Source: Octopus vulgaris (taxonomy: Eukaryota). From it: a stretch of DNA of 64,000 nt. The DNA is taken from contig OX597815.1 of the NCBI GenBank assembly GCA_951406725.2, forward strand, positions 132,742,001 through 132,806,000, read 5' to 3'. Both the position numbers and the translations under genes were made by a program. Shown one piece after another: positions 27,740 to 40,641 of the stretch. Position 1 is the first letter of the stretch. Every line of letters begins with the position of its first letter. A model generated the notes under the pieces. It made no database searches. It was given only the letters and a program-made list of their open reading frames with translations, and was not told the DNA's origin.

Positions 27740-29837
27740 TGCGCATGTGTGTTTGTTAGTTGCTTATCGGATTGAACACTGTCAAGACGTGCGTTGGTGG
27801 CCGTCTTGAATCGAAGAACTGTTGAAGAGGCGCGACTGCAAGGTAGGCACTTGTTTTTCTTAAGGGACTTAGGGGGAAATTTGTTGTATGACATTGTTTT
27901 TCCTTTTTTCATATAAGGAATTCCCACTGGGTCTTGAACATTTGTCTGCTGCAGTCGCGCTGAGTACCTCACTTAGTGGTGAGAATTGTTTTGTTTTGTT
28001 TTGGTGGGCGTGTCTCGCTACCAAAATTCGATCCATTCGTGGAGAAACTTTTTGTAATTACGGTGAACTGGAGTACCTGTGTGAAGCAATATTCTGGAGG
28101 ATTACTTGTGAATTACTTGCGGATTACATGTGAACCCTGATTACCTAAGTGGCGGAATTGTGTTGCCGTGCTGGAAGTGTTTTCCTTCGTTCTTTTCTCT
28201 GCTCTGTCTTTCTGTTCTTTCTTTGTGTTTCTTTGGACTTTTATTTGAACATTTTGAACTTTTTTGAACATTTTCCTGTTTCTTTTTTGCAAAGCATGGC
28301 AAAAAATAAGAACAGTCATTGAGTGGGAAAATGTGCCCCCCCACCCCACCCCATCAGTGGATAAAGGACCTTAATGAGAGAACGGTGGTGTTGAGGAAAT
28401 ATTCCAAGTCCCTCGACACCATCACTGTGTTCTCTCAAGTAGATATTGAGAAGGAGTTGGCAGAATACCTGCCAAACATCAAGTTTATTGCAAGGGGTCA
28501 AATATGCAACAGTGTGGTTGCTATTTGATACCCTTAAGGAGGCTCGCATTTTATATCGAGCCAGCCCCTGGAAGGGGAGAAAATTCTGTTTCTGCCCACA
28601 TATCGTGGGAGGAAATTGACAAGAGTTTGGGTGCGTGGACTGCCACCCGGAATAGAACCCGAGTGGAGAGAGGACACTATCCGCTGGTGTCTGGGTGGCA
28701 GCGTAGCTAAGATCTTGAATGTTAAAATGATGCCATGCGGCTGATTGGGTGGAGTCAAAAGCAGTTTTGACCCTGTGGACCCAGTCAGCCAATGATCTGG
28801 TGTTCATAGACTTTTTGAGGATGGCCGGGTCCAGGTATCCGGTGATTCTTGATGGAGCCACCACCCCCAAGTGTCATCAGTGCCTGGAGCCTGGCCACAT
28901 TAAGAGGAACTGTCCCAAGGACCAGAGCAGCGTCCTGGAACAGTTAGTTGTGGAAGAACCCCCTCCCCCTTCTCCTCCGGAAGGAAAAGAAAACAATGCT
29001 GGAGGTATGCAGTGTACTGCCGGCATGTCCCGAGGCCTCTTCGGTGGGAATCGTGGCACCGACAGAGGAAGCTGTAACCTCGTCTGTTTTGCCACCGGCA
29101 GAGGGAGATACACCGTTGGCGTGAATTGTACCGCCAATGGTAGAATTGGTTACCTCAACCCCGGAGGAAGACAAATTATTGATTTTCTTCTATAGAGGTG
29201 GAGAGGTAGAAAAGGTGGTAGAAAAACACTATAAGGGAATACCTTTAACTTTCACACGGGAACCCGAATGGCCTCTGCAGATAGCTGTGGAGGCCATAAC
29301 ATTGCCCGTGATACGAGTGGATAATGGCGGTATATGCGGGCACAAGTGATGTTGGGGAGGAAAATTGACAAAGCTTCAGTGTTATAATGTTTAAGTGTGT
29401 AAGATGCTCAGCGCCTTAATTTGTAAATGGACTATTAAGTCCAAAAATTATTAAAACGGAAGTAAGAGGTTCAATACCTCGTTTTGTTTTTTGTGTAAAA
29501 ATAATGTTTTAACTTGTAAATGGACTACTGAGCCCAATAACTGTAAAAACGGGGGTAAGAGGTTCAGTACGTCGGCCTATTTTTTGTGTTAAAATTAATA
29601 ATGTTTCAATTTGTACATGGACTATTAAGTCCAATAATTGTAAAACAGAAGTAAGAGGTCAAATACCTCGGTTTGTTTTTGTGTAAAAAATACTGCTTTA
29701 ACGAAGCAAAAAATCGGCGGGTGTTTTTTGTCTTCTCCCATTAATATCATTTTATTTCATCATTCATCTCATCAGTGTTTCTGTCCAGCCAGAAAGCTAC
29801 TCTGTATCATGCCTTTATGGCAAAATTTTTTGAAATG
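27740..29837 (+). mobile_element. ORF1-only (L1/Tx1-like) non-autonomous retroelement with TSD
   Basis: TSD aagtagcttgct(t/c)a at 27726-27739 and 29838-29851. Broken ORF ~28296-29349 with a CX2CX4HX4C knuckle (CHQCLEPGHIKRNC, 28872-28913). No RT or endonuclease motifs seen. Confidence 0.8.
29421..29700 (+). repeat. Three tandem ~95-bp repeats in the 3' UTR of the ORF1-only element
   Basis: Units start at ~29421, 29514 and 29611 with ttgta(a/c)atggacta..gtaagaggt..tacctcg. Confidence 0.85.
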
Positions 29838-29978
29838 AAGTAGCTTGCTCACCAACCACATGGTTCCGGGTTCAGTTCCACTGCGTGGCACCTTGGTCAA
29901 GTGTCTTCTACTATAGCCTCAGGCCGACCAAAGCCTTGTGAGTGGATTTGGTAAACGGAAATTGAAAGAAGCCCGTCG

Positions 29979-30017
<39 letters not shown>

Positions 30018-30734
30018 TGTGTGTGTGTCTGTGTTTGTCCCCACCAAAGATGACAGCCGATGTTGGTATGTTTACGTCCTCGTAACATTGTCGTTCGGCA
30101 AAAGAGACCGATAGAATAAGTACTAGTCTTATAAAGTATAAATCCTGGGGTCGATTTGTTCGATTAAAGGCGGTGCTCAAGCATGGCCGCAGTTAAATGA
30201 CTGAAACATATAAAAGAATAAAATAATGTCAGCCATCTCGCACAGTAGATGCTGCTGTTTCTGCTAATTGTATCCAGACAAATATTCTTTAAAAATATTA
30301 CGAATAAAAAAAAAGCCATTTCTAAGCGTGTCAATGTGTTATGTATTTATAGCAACGTTAAAAACACTACCAAATTCCATGGTGTCTGAAAATAGCGAAT
30401 ATGTGAATAAGTTTTAACGGTTGACATTTGATAGGAGCCAGTAAAGGGGCCAGTGATTGATGAAAATAAATGTATAAATGTCGTTCACATGCTGATAGCC
30501 AAATGAAGTGATTAGAGTGACAACACGAATGAAGTCACGACATATCAAATGTCATACAATACAGTATAAAATTTACAACACTTGGTATAAAATTTGTACA
30601 CTGACTGTACTAATGAATAATCAGTAGTTATTAGTACAATTCCTTAACCTTACATTCATAGTCTATAGTTAAATATGACACCTCAAAATTTGAAAATGAC
30701 TGTGATAGCAAGAAGGGTAAAATTACAATCTCTC

Positions 30735-30915
30735 TCTACTCGGAGCACAAAGCCCGATATTTTGGGGGAGGTGGCCTATCGATTAGATCAACCCCAGTAC
30801 AAGGATGAATGGGAAAGTCGATCTCGGCGGAATTCGAACTCAGAACATAAAGACAGACGGAAAACCGCTAAAGATTTTGCCCGGCGTGCTAACGTTTCTA
30901 CCAGCTCGCCACCTT
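30735..30915 (-). mobile_element. SINE family B, internally deleted
   Basis: ggcggaattcgaactcagaac...ccggcgtgctaacgtttct.ccagctcgcc. Confidence 0.75.
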
Positions 30916-31299
30916 AAAATTACACTATTCTACGTTTGAAACAGAAAATGCTTCAAATGGATCATGCTTTACAGATGACACCAACCATTTAAATTCTGCA
31001 TGTGTAAAATGTATTTCATTACCTGTCAATATTATTTTAAGAGACGTTATAAACAATTTGACCAGATTAAAATGCCATAAATGTTTATGCTTCCAGCAGT
31101 CTCTGGCTTTTATCTGCAAAGCAAACTGCAAAACATACATATCGCATTACCTTTGTATCTGCAACCTAAAATACAATTTCTCTCTAGCCACAATGCTCGT
31201 ACGGCAACTGTCCATTCAGCTAAGTTTTCACAAACACTCAAGTATAACGGAATGCGAAATTAAATAGTGAATACTAAATCTACACACTGGTCGACTGGG

Positions 31300-31590
31300 C
31301 ATACCGTCGGCGACGACGACGATTGTTTCAGCTGACTGGATCAACAGAAACCCCGCTCGTGTAATTAACCAGCAAATGGCTGAGCACACCATAGGCACGC
31401 ATGCAATTAACATAGTTTCCAAGGCGATTAAGCGTGACAAAGAATGTAACAAGGCTGGGCCTGTAAATTACAGACACAACTTATTCTTGAAATAAAGTGT
31501 CTTGCTCAAGAAAACCCCAGCGGATATTGAACTCACAACCCTACGCTCAGGAACCGGATATTCTAACCACTACGCCATTTGCCTCCACAT
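31300..31590 (-). mobile_element. SINE family C, degenerate
   Basis: Similar to the reverse complement of 40642-40958. Confidence 0.65.
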
Positions 31591-32186
31591 AATCTCACTA
31601 ATGTTCTTAAAACTATTATTTTTGTTCTTTTTCTTTTTGGGGGAGTTGGTGATAAAGACAGTGTTAGGATATTACATTAGCTTTCGTTTTAAAGCAAATC
31701 TCAGAAAGGAAATTAGAATGGCACAAAAAAATCATGTAAATTTTAGTCATACGAATTATATTGGTTCTGTTATTGTATTAGACATATACTAGTTGTGACG
31801 TTTTTGAGCGCAAGACATTTGTCTCCAAATGAACGATTTGGTTGACAAGAAAATCCGGCATATTACGAAAGATTTGCGTCACAAAAAAAAATGTCGGATA
31901 TTTTCCCGCAACACACCGACATCAGTTTTATAGTAAAATCGTGTACCGTTTTAGTGTCGACATTTATTATCGTGAACGTATCTTGTTCGTCTATCTTCGG
32001 ATCCATTGAAACAAATGGTTTAATTAACAATTATATAAGTATGAACAGATGTGCGTATATACGTCACACAGTCACATTTGCGCACATCAGATGCGCGTAG
32101 ACTCACTCTCACCAATATATATGTATATGTATCTAAGTATGTATGTACGTCTATACACACATACATACATACACATACATGCATAC

Positions 32187-32239
<53 letters not shown>

Positions 32240-32332
32240 GCGCAGGCGTGGCTGTGTAGTAAGAAGCTTATTCGTTTGTGTTAGTGTCGTATGTGTTAGT
32301 GTCGGTCCCCGTGTCTGCGTGTATAAAAGCCA

Positions 32333-32512
32333 AGGTGCGTAGCTTAGTGGTTAGGTATATTCGGTTTACGATCATAAGGTCATGAGTTCGATTCCCGTCG
32401 GCGTGCTGTGTCTGTGGAGTGCTCAGCCACTTGCATGTTAATTTCACGAGCAGGTTGTTCGGCTGAACGGCTCAACTGGAACACTCATCGTCGTAACCGA
32501 CGGAGTACCAGT
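32333..32512 (+). mobile_element. SINE family C with an internal deletion
   Basis: tRNA head fused directly to tgtctgtggagtgctcagccac...cgtaaccgacggagt. Confidence 0.75.
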
Positions 32513-32539
32513 GTAAGCAAGTGCAGGGTACATTATGTA

Positions 32540-32609
<70 letters not shown>

Positions 32610-32700
32610 CGCGTGCGTGTGTGTGCAATCACATGATTTCGTTTTGAAAATCTATATCATACATATAATATTTCTATGTAATATATTTTTATGCTTTCAG

Positions 32701-32932
32701 ACACCAAAGAGGAAGACATTTTATATCTTTTCGATAAATCAGGATCGGGAGACGTCCATTACATGACCCTGAATAACGATATTGATCAAATCGCCTATAA
32801 ACCACTCAACACAGTGCGCTGGGAACAAACTTCTAATGTCGTCAACTTCGAAATTGCTGTTGTTAACAATGTGCTGTATATCATTGGAGGATACCGAAAA
32901 AACGCTGCAATATGTACAGGTCGGCTGTTATG
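32701..32932 (+). CDS. Kelch-repeat gene, coding exon 2 (232 bp)
   Basis: Acceptor ttttatgctttcAG and donor TG|GTAAAT. Encodes ...FEIAVVNNVLYIIGGYRKNAAICTGRLL, with the kelch hydrophobic-YxxGG signature. Phase 1 in, phase 2 out. Confidence 0.85.
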
Positions 32933-33405
32933 GTAAATTTCTTTCTGACATTCAGAAAAATAAAAAAGAAAAACGAAAAAGAAAAAAATCTCATTTCCTC
33001 TGTTTGGTGTTTTACTAATGGAATGAATAAAATACGAAAGGAAATTTGTATGAAGTTATGATAAATGTAAACTCGTTACAATTTTCGTAAAGAATCTATC
33101 TGGAATATTTAGATATATTATTGTTATGGAATATTTAGATATATTATTGTTACTGGAATATTTAGATATATTGTTGCTCTAATAGGGAGTATAAGAGAGG
33201 TTTAGTCCTCATAATTCTCACAAATATGACAGTTGATCTTCATAAATAAAATTGAGTATAGAGTCCTCTGTAACTGTCTGCATGTATGAATATAAGTATG
33301 AGCACATGTTGTATACACACATACATACATACATACATACATACATACATACATACATACATACATACATGTATATCTATACATACATGTATGTACATAC
33401 CTACA

Positions 33406-33447
<42 letters not shown>

Positions 33448-33965
33448 TATATGGGTACAAGACATAAAAAACGTTGAAAACAACGAGAAGGGAAAACAAA
33501 AACAAAAGCATAGAAAACGAACTTTTTTCGAACAACGAATGCTTTCGGTGCGAATGGTTTTGTTATATGGTGCCGTATTTTATAATCCTGTAAATAATAA
33601 TAATGGCATTTTTATATAAGCTTATATCTTAGTCACTGTGCAATGGCTAAGGAAAATAGTCTAATGACGGGGCATATTAGGATTTGCTCGGGATTCAAAT
33701 GGCATACATTTTTATTGTTTTTATTTGTTACAATCATGTGACTATGGCCATGCTAGTGCAGCACCTTTAGTCGAACAAACTGATCTCAAGATTTATTCTT
33801 TGTAAGTCTAGTACTTACTCAATCGGTGTCTTTTGCCGAACCGCTAAGTTACGGGGATGCAAACACAGCAACATAGGTTGTCAAGCGATGGTGGGGATAC
33901 AAACACAGACGCACACACAAATATACACATATATACGACAGGCTTTAGTCAGCATGATGCTATAG

Positions 33966-33996
<31 letters not shown>

Positions 33997-34030
33997 TATA
34001 TATAGTATATATATAGTATATATATATGTA

Positions 34031-34084
<54 letters not shown>

Positions 34085-34232
34085 TGGTTGGAATTTACAA
34101 AAGAAAGACGAAGACGGGTGTGTAAACAACAAACAGATGTACTGGTTTAACGCTCGGGGACTGACAAAGTCTTTTACGTTTCGAGTCTACGCTCTTCAAC
34201 AGGAAGGGAAACAACAATAAGCATAGAGAGAA
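34085..34232 (-). repeat. Short repeat with a hammerhead-like motif (34171-34206), same family as 62850-63012
   Basis: Reverse complement cttcCTGTTGAagagcgtagactcGAAACGTAaaag. Downstream sequence aligns with the 62.9-kb copy and ends in (TA)n. Confidence 0.65.
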
Positions 34233-34269
34233 AATATATAAGAGGCCTGCTACAGAACAACAGCAAATG

Positions 34270-35612
34270 CGAAATTGCGCTCCTGAAGAATCTTTCTACA
34301 TGCAGTCAAGCTATATACATTGCACTTGCATAAACACATCTGTCTGCAGACATAAATGATGCGGAGAAACACATATCAATGTATTCTGTCTTCTGTACGG
34401 ACAGAAGAAAAAGAAGTCACGGTGGAGTTGCAGTGTACACCCGTGAAGATGACACACCATCAACCCTGTTATCGAACTCGAACTCGATGTGTGACACACT
34501 CATAGTACATCTAAAGCAACTTGATATAGTGATGTGCACATTGTATCGCCCACTTGATGCCTCAAATCATGACGCAAAATTTAAGGAAATCTTCGCTGCA
34601 ATAAAGGAAGTACTAACACAATTGGATCAACTTATATACAGCTATATTCTTGACGGGTAACTTCAACTTCCCCAACGTCAGGTGGCCTGAGGGTAACATA
34701 TCCCCAAGAATGACTGACAAAGAGCGATATCAAGCAGAATCCCTACTTGGTCTTAGTAGAGAAGATCTCCAACCAGGCACAAAAATATCCTGGACCTCTG
34801 TTTTGCAAACAATGTGGAAAGTATCCATAAACTAAATATATCACCAACAATATTCTCAGACCATAACATGATAGAACTGGCAACGTTTGCCCCGAAATTA
34901 ACTAAAGATAAACTCCGCACAAATGGCACTCAAACCCTCTCCAACATAAATTTCTCTAAGTCTGACTGGAAGTCACTTGAAAAACAGATACTCTAGCAGG
35001 ACTGGCCTAAAAGCCTCACTATGCAAGACATAGATATGAAATTCAATAAATTCATGTCAATAATACGAGCCATATGCATTAAATATGTCCCAGAGAAGGG
35101 AGCCAGTACACACAAAAACATCATTCCCCGAGACAGGAGAATACTCATGCAGCGGAGAATAAAGTTTTCGAATTGTTTAAACAAACACGTCAATGACTGT
35201 GTGAAATTCTACCTAACAGAGAAACTCTTCGAGATTGAAAATAAACTCAAAATCTCCCATGAAAAAGAAAGAGAAGAAAGAGATTGTTGGGGTGTCGAAA
35301 ATATAAAAAGAAATCCTAAAACCTTCTACGCGTTGGTAAAGCAGTCTGCCTCAGTATGCTATAAGATAGGGCTACTATTTGGTAAGAACGGATCACTAAC
35401 TGCAGACCCAGGGAAGATAAGTGAAGCACTAAATAAACAATAAATAAACAATCCTGAGGAAGTTCTCGATGTAACGAATCTATTCGGAAAAGCGGCAACC
35501 GTCGATTACATCAACATAACGGAAGAGGATGTAATATCGGCCATTGATGAGTTGAGTTCAAACTCAGCAACGAACCCAGCTGGACTCTCGGCTGTTCTCT
35601 TAAAGACATGTG
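34270..35612 (+). mobile_element. CR1-like LINE ORF2 fragment (APE endonuclease plus linker), decayed
   Basis: DRRKRSHGGVAVY, LYRP, GNFNFPNVRW, ILDLCFAN, SDHNMI, NFSKSDW, ENIKRNPKTFY, ITEEDVISAIDEL..AVLLKTC across shifted frames. Confidence 0.85.
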
Positions 35613-36121
35613 AAAACGTGTGTATATGTGTGTGTGTTTGCATACACGTATATATATTTATATACACGTTTACGAATATGTGTGTGCGTGTGCGTGCGTG
35701 CGTGTACGTGCGTGCGTGTGTGCGTATGTATTAGTATGTGGTGCATCTATGAATGCGCATCGTTGTGTCTGTGTTGATCCCCCCACCGCAAATGCGTGAC
35801 TACGGTTGTTGGTTTATTTATGTACTAGTAAGCGGTTCTTCACAAAAAAAGAAAGAGGTGATAGAATAAGTATTAGTTATTTGGTTTGAAGTACCGGGGT
35901 ATATTAGCCTGACTAAATCTACTCCAGTGCTGTAGCATGGCTGTAGTCCAAATGGCTAAAACAAGTAAACGATAAAAAGATATGTGTATTTCAGGTGGGG
36001 GAGAAGTATTGAAAAATGGGAGAATTTCGTGATGGTCTTGTTACAACGTTTAATAACCAAAGCAGAATGTAATGAGCTCCTCACGTTGTAATTCCTCGGC
36101 AAATCAAACTAGCAATTAGGT

Positions 36122-36305
36122 TTCTAGATTAATGATTGGAAATGTTTTTCCCTACAATTGTCTTAATGGTATCTTCAATGAAGTCAAGACTGTCACGGAA
36201 ACATATTCTACGAGAGCTTGTGCCATTCTCAAAACTTGCCTGTTTGGTTTAGTATTTTGCGACGGAAACTTCCATTATAATGACATTAAATATCAAACTT
36301 TAAAA
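36122..36305 (+). repeat. ~185-bp direct duplication, copy 1
   Basis: Aligns closely with 38839-39025. Confidence 0.9.
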
Positions 36306-36781
36306 TATTTCAGTAACATTTATCTTCTTTTTTTTTTTGTCTTCATAGGTCAAAGTACTATCGTTTTTATGACATCTTTTTATGCAACATGAGACTTTTA
36401 TAGCGTTAGATCACTTACTCTAAATCAAGACGCTTATTTACGATCCAATATCAACTCTAAATTCACCACTCTATTCATATGTTCACGTTTATTTGTTTTA
36501 ATAATGGAGGTTGTGACTTCTATATTTTTGTCAAATATCTTCCTTCCTTACTGAAGTGCGCGGTTTATGATTAACTTCAACAAATGAACATAAAGGATGA
36601 TTTTAAATATAGTGAGACCGGGTTAGTTCAGGACTGTTTCATTCACTTATAAGCCAATATGATCTTTCCAAATAAGCAGATCATGTTTCGCTCGTTTTCT
36701 GCAATGTGCTTACTCTTTTTCCAAATTAAATTTTCTGCCAGATAATGTATCATACATTCTCATTATGTAATTCTTTATATG

Positions 36782-36866
<85 letters not shown>

Positions 36867-38838
36867 ACAGACAGACAGATAGATTGAAAGAGAAATATAG
36901 AAAAGAGAAAGATAGACCCCCCCACTAGTTGTCCATTGATAACTCTCATATTCCCCATCTTTGATACATCACAAACAATCATTTGACTTCGTAAATTTTT
37001 GTTAGGAATATTTTCAAATTCGCCTTTGGATTCAGCTATTTTAAAACAAATTTCGTGAGGTCTTTCAGTCACAACTTATATTAGTGGACCTTTCTTCTCT
37101 ATCTTTCAAACGTATTACAATATGCCTTCATGTTCACTCTTCAACTATTCATACCTCTTTAGAGAAGTAGCATGTTCAATGCTAACTTGTTGTCAGAATC
37201 ATCTCACACAGAAAATCAATTTACCTTTTGCTGGGGTCGTTCACCGGGATGTCTGTCACTACACCCGTTACATTTCTTTACAGGCATATTTCCAGCACAT
37301 CCTGTATTGGGTTTATATATTTTGTTTTTCCTTTTTCAATATCTAAAACCAAAATTGCATTGCATTTATTCATGGACAATGAACGCTTCAAGCTACAGAA
37401 ATCATTATTTCCCTGTATATGTATAAAAACTATTCTTCTTATGAACAGTGCTAAATTACAAAAGCCTGGCTTTTCAAAACCGTAACACTGGGCTGATCTT
37501 AGAGACAGCTAAAACATTATGCACCATTTATACTTTCATACAAAAGTTCAGATTATTCTACAGAGAATTCCTAGCTTCCGTTGTTTTAATGCACATCCTG
37601 ACTTCATCGTTAAACTGGATTGATAATATAAACAGTCATAAATGTTAATAATTAACAGTATTATTCCGTTATGATTATTACACTCTCTACATAAGTTAAA
37701 GAAGAGGTAGATAACGGCCATTGCGTTTGGAAACAAAATAGTCTCATTTACTCTCAGATGTTTCATTTATTTATGCCAATAAAACTATGTTAAATCAAAT
37801 CCAGCACAAAATCTACCTTTTCTTTCCTCAAACACTCTGCCTAAAGAAAGTGAAATGACAGTTGTCCTCTCATGATATCGGTTTGCGAATCATGTTTATT
37901 ATATAGAAAATATACCTATCAATAATATAATATAGTCCAATACATCAATTATATTCTTATCTTCCAAGAAAGTGCCTCACTTCTAAAGCAGTAGCAATTT
38001 GTTTACTGTAATATTGGATTTCTATTCAGAATATGTTAATTGGGTGAATTCTAAAACACAAAAATCCTTAATAAACGTAAAATGTTGCCTAAAAGATCGA
38101 TTCCCACCATTACGGCGACCTTTTAGATGAGAAGTAGTATTAGATCATCGGCGGGACAATCAGCATTGCGTATGACAATACATGAACTCTACCACAAGTA
38201 TTTCACACTTACCCTTCCCTTCAAGCTCCAGATAGGTGCAATAGGAAAGTATATATGTATTGACGTAATGAGCAAAAGCGTTGTAAAACTGAAAATGCTT
38301 TCCTTACTACGTTTCGGTGAGTTCCATATTTTCTATAATGCAAAGAAAATATCAGAAAACAGCTCGAATATTTACTCTGAAATAAAACCTCTGTTTTTAT
38401 TTATTTATTCATATATTTTTTAGGTTTTCAGTTCTCTTTTTGTTCACAGATAGGTGCGATTGTTGATTTGCCACCTTCTCTCCCCTGTTAAACTATTCAA
38501 TTAAACATCCATTAATTACTAACTGTAATATTTGAATAGAAAATGACCACAATAATTAAAATTATTACACTCATTTCCTGTAATTAACTTCAGCTTATTT
38601 AAACTTGAACCAATATGAAAGGAGTTATTATTAAACATTTTCACGATTTTACTGACGATTGCCATTAATGTTGTGATATATTCTAAACGTACTTGGGTTT
38701 CTGCAATCACAAGAACATATTATGAGCATATTAATATTAAGATAAACCCTCAGAAAAGCAACAAACCCAACAAACGTATTTGTATATATTGTGAAATTCA
38801 TTGTATTTACGATTTAACGAAGCAGCTTCTTCATATGA

Positions 38839-39025
38839 TTCTAGATTAATGATTGGAAATATTTTCCCAACAATTATGTTAATGATATCTTCAAGGAAGT
38901 CAAGACTGTCACGGAAACATATTCCACGAGAGCTTGTGCCATTCTCAAAACTTTCCTGTTTGGTTTAGCACGTATTTTGCGACGGAAACTTCCATTATAA
39001 TGATGTTAAATATCAAACTTTAAAA
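38839..39025 (+). repeat. ~185-bp direct duplication, copy 2
   Basis: Aligns closely with 36122-36305. Confidence 0.9.
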
Positions 39026-39134
39026 CCTGCCAGAAAATTTTACTCACGAACATTACTGACTTTAAAGCAAAATATGTATTTTAGCCACGCGGTGAATACT
39101 GGGACATTGTGTATCTGTTTTTTTTTTGCTCCCT

Positions 39135-39795
39135 TGCTTATTTCAGTCATTTGACTGCGGCCATGCTGTAGCACCGTCATTTTATCAAACAAATCGATTC
39201 CAGGACTTATTTTTGCAAGCCTAGTACATATTCTATCGGTCTTTTTTGCCGAAGCGCTAAGTTACGGAGACGGAGACACACCAACATAGGTTGTCAAGCG
39301 ATGGTGAAGGGAACAAACACAGAGACACACACAAATATATACATATACATATATATATATACTGCGTGTGTACCGTTGGCGATTTTTTTTCCTCAGTCTT
39401 CCCTTCTTTGGATCTTTCCTTTTCCTATGTTTCTGACGAAGAGCTCCGCTCGAAACGTGAAACCCTCCTTCTGTCCTTCTTTCCTGGGCGTCCAATAATA
39501 CTATACTTGTTCCACGTCCTCGCGTTGTTGTGTTTTCTCTTTGTGTTTTCATGTTTGGATTAACTTTATTTATATATATATATATGCGTGTGTGTGTATG
39601 TGTGTGTGTGTGTGTATATATATATATACATGACGGGCTTCTTTCTGTTTCCGTTTACAAAATCCACTCACAAGGCCTTGTCAGCCTGAAGCTATAGTAG
39701 AAGACACTTGCCTAAGGTGCCGCGCTGTGGAACTGAACCCGGAACCATGTAGTTGGAAAGCAAGCTTCTTACCACACAGCCACTCCTGCGCCTAT
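39135..39795 (-). mobile_element. SINE family A carrying a hammerhead-bearing insert (39361-39570) in its central (TA)n
   Basis: Both SINE halves are intact around a 210-bp foreign segment. Confidence 0.8.
39429..39463 (+). ncRNA. Minimal type I hammerhead-like motif (GUG triplet, probably inactive)
   Basis: gttt CTGACGA a gagc tcc gctc GAAAC GTG aaac. Confidence 0.65.
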
Positions 39796-40259
39796 AGCCA
39801 CCCTAGCGCCTATGGCCACTCCTGCGCCTATAACCACGCCTATAGATTTAGTGCAGGATAACCAGATATAGCAATTCAGTAGGAACAAAAATGTTACAAG
39901 TACAAATTTTATTACTATGTCTTATGTTAAACTTTTATCTTCGGAAAAATCTAATTAGACTTGACTTCAAGTTATGTTCCATTACACTAGAATTTACTGG
40001 ATTCTTAAAAGTAATTATTCTTCTAACGGTTATACATTTATTGATATTGTGATGATACCACTGACTAAGATATTATGTTTTGTTAAAAATAACGCCTCCG
40101 AATATTTAAGTTTATTTATTTGAGGAATTCTGTACATTATTTATATCATTTACATTATTTACAGTGTCCTGATCTTGTTTATTGTTAATGCAACAAACAA
40201 GCGTAATGGTTAAGAGTGCGGGCTACTAACACTCAGTTTGCGAGTTCAATGCCTAGAAT

Positions 40260-40264
40260 TAATA

Positions 40265-40312
<48 letters not shown>

Positions 40313-40364
40313 GTAATAATAATAATAATAATGATAATAATGATAGTAATAATAGTAATAATAA

Positions 40365-40426
<62 letters not shown>

Positions 40427-40428
40427 GT
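40260..40428. repeat. (AAT)n microsatellite
   Basis: Direct inspection. Confidence 0.95.
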
Positions 40429-40641
40429 ATAACAAAAATACTTTAAGAATGAGAAGCCATGACTGGGTTCAAAATTCTACCAGGACACCTGATGAAGGCT
40501 GGAGAGTTGTGATAACAACAAACAAGATGCGGTCACATATCCGCCCAATGTAAATAATGTAAATAATGTGTACTAACTCAGTTCTGCATAACGGTACAAT
40601 AGACACCTATTGCACAGATTTTACACAAGCTATAATTACTA

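Larger units (their letters stand above)
27703..30225 (+). mobile_element. SINE family A split by a 2.1-kb insertion (head 27703-27739, remainder 29838-30225)
   Basis: Joining the two halves restores a sequence collinear with 16076-16542. Confidence 0.85.

Noticed and set aside
29421-29700. CRISPR-like regularly spaced repeats
   Set aside because: Whole ~95-bp units are homologous with no unique spacers; eukaryotic retroelement context and no cas genes.
35995-36053. tttcAG|GTGGGGGAGAA.. reading GGEVLKNGRIS*WSCYNV*, kelch-like
   Set aside because: In-frame stops, wrong order and phase relative to exons 2 and 3, and no donor.
36900-37350. Coding-like minus-strand stretch (TERPHEICFKIAESKGEFEN..)
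   Set aside because: No recognisable domain, interrupted by stops, and it runs into a microsatellite.
40430-40570. CTGATGA motif after (AAT)n as a functional hammerhead
   Set aside because: The 3' arm of stem II and the GAAAC are missing; counted only as a deleted remnant.
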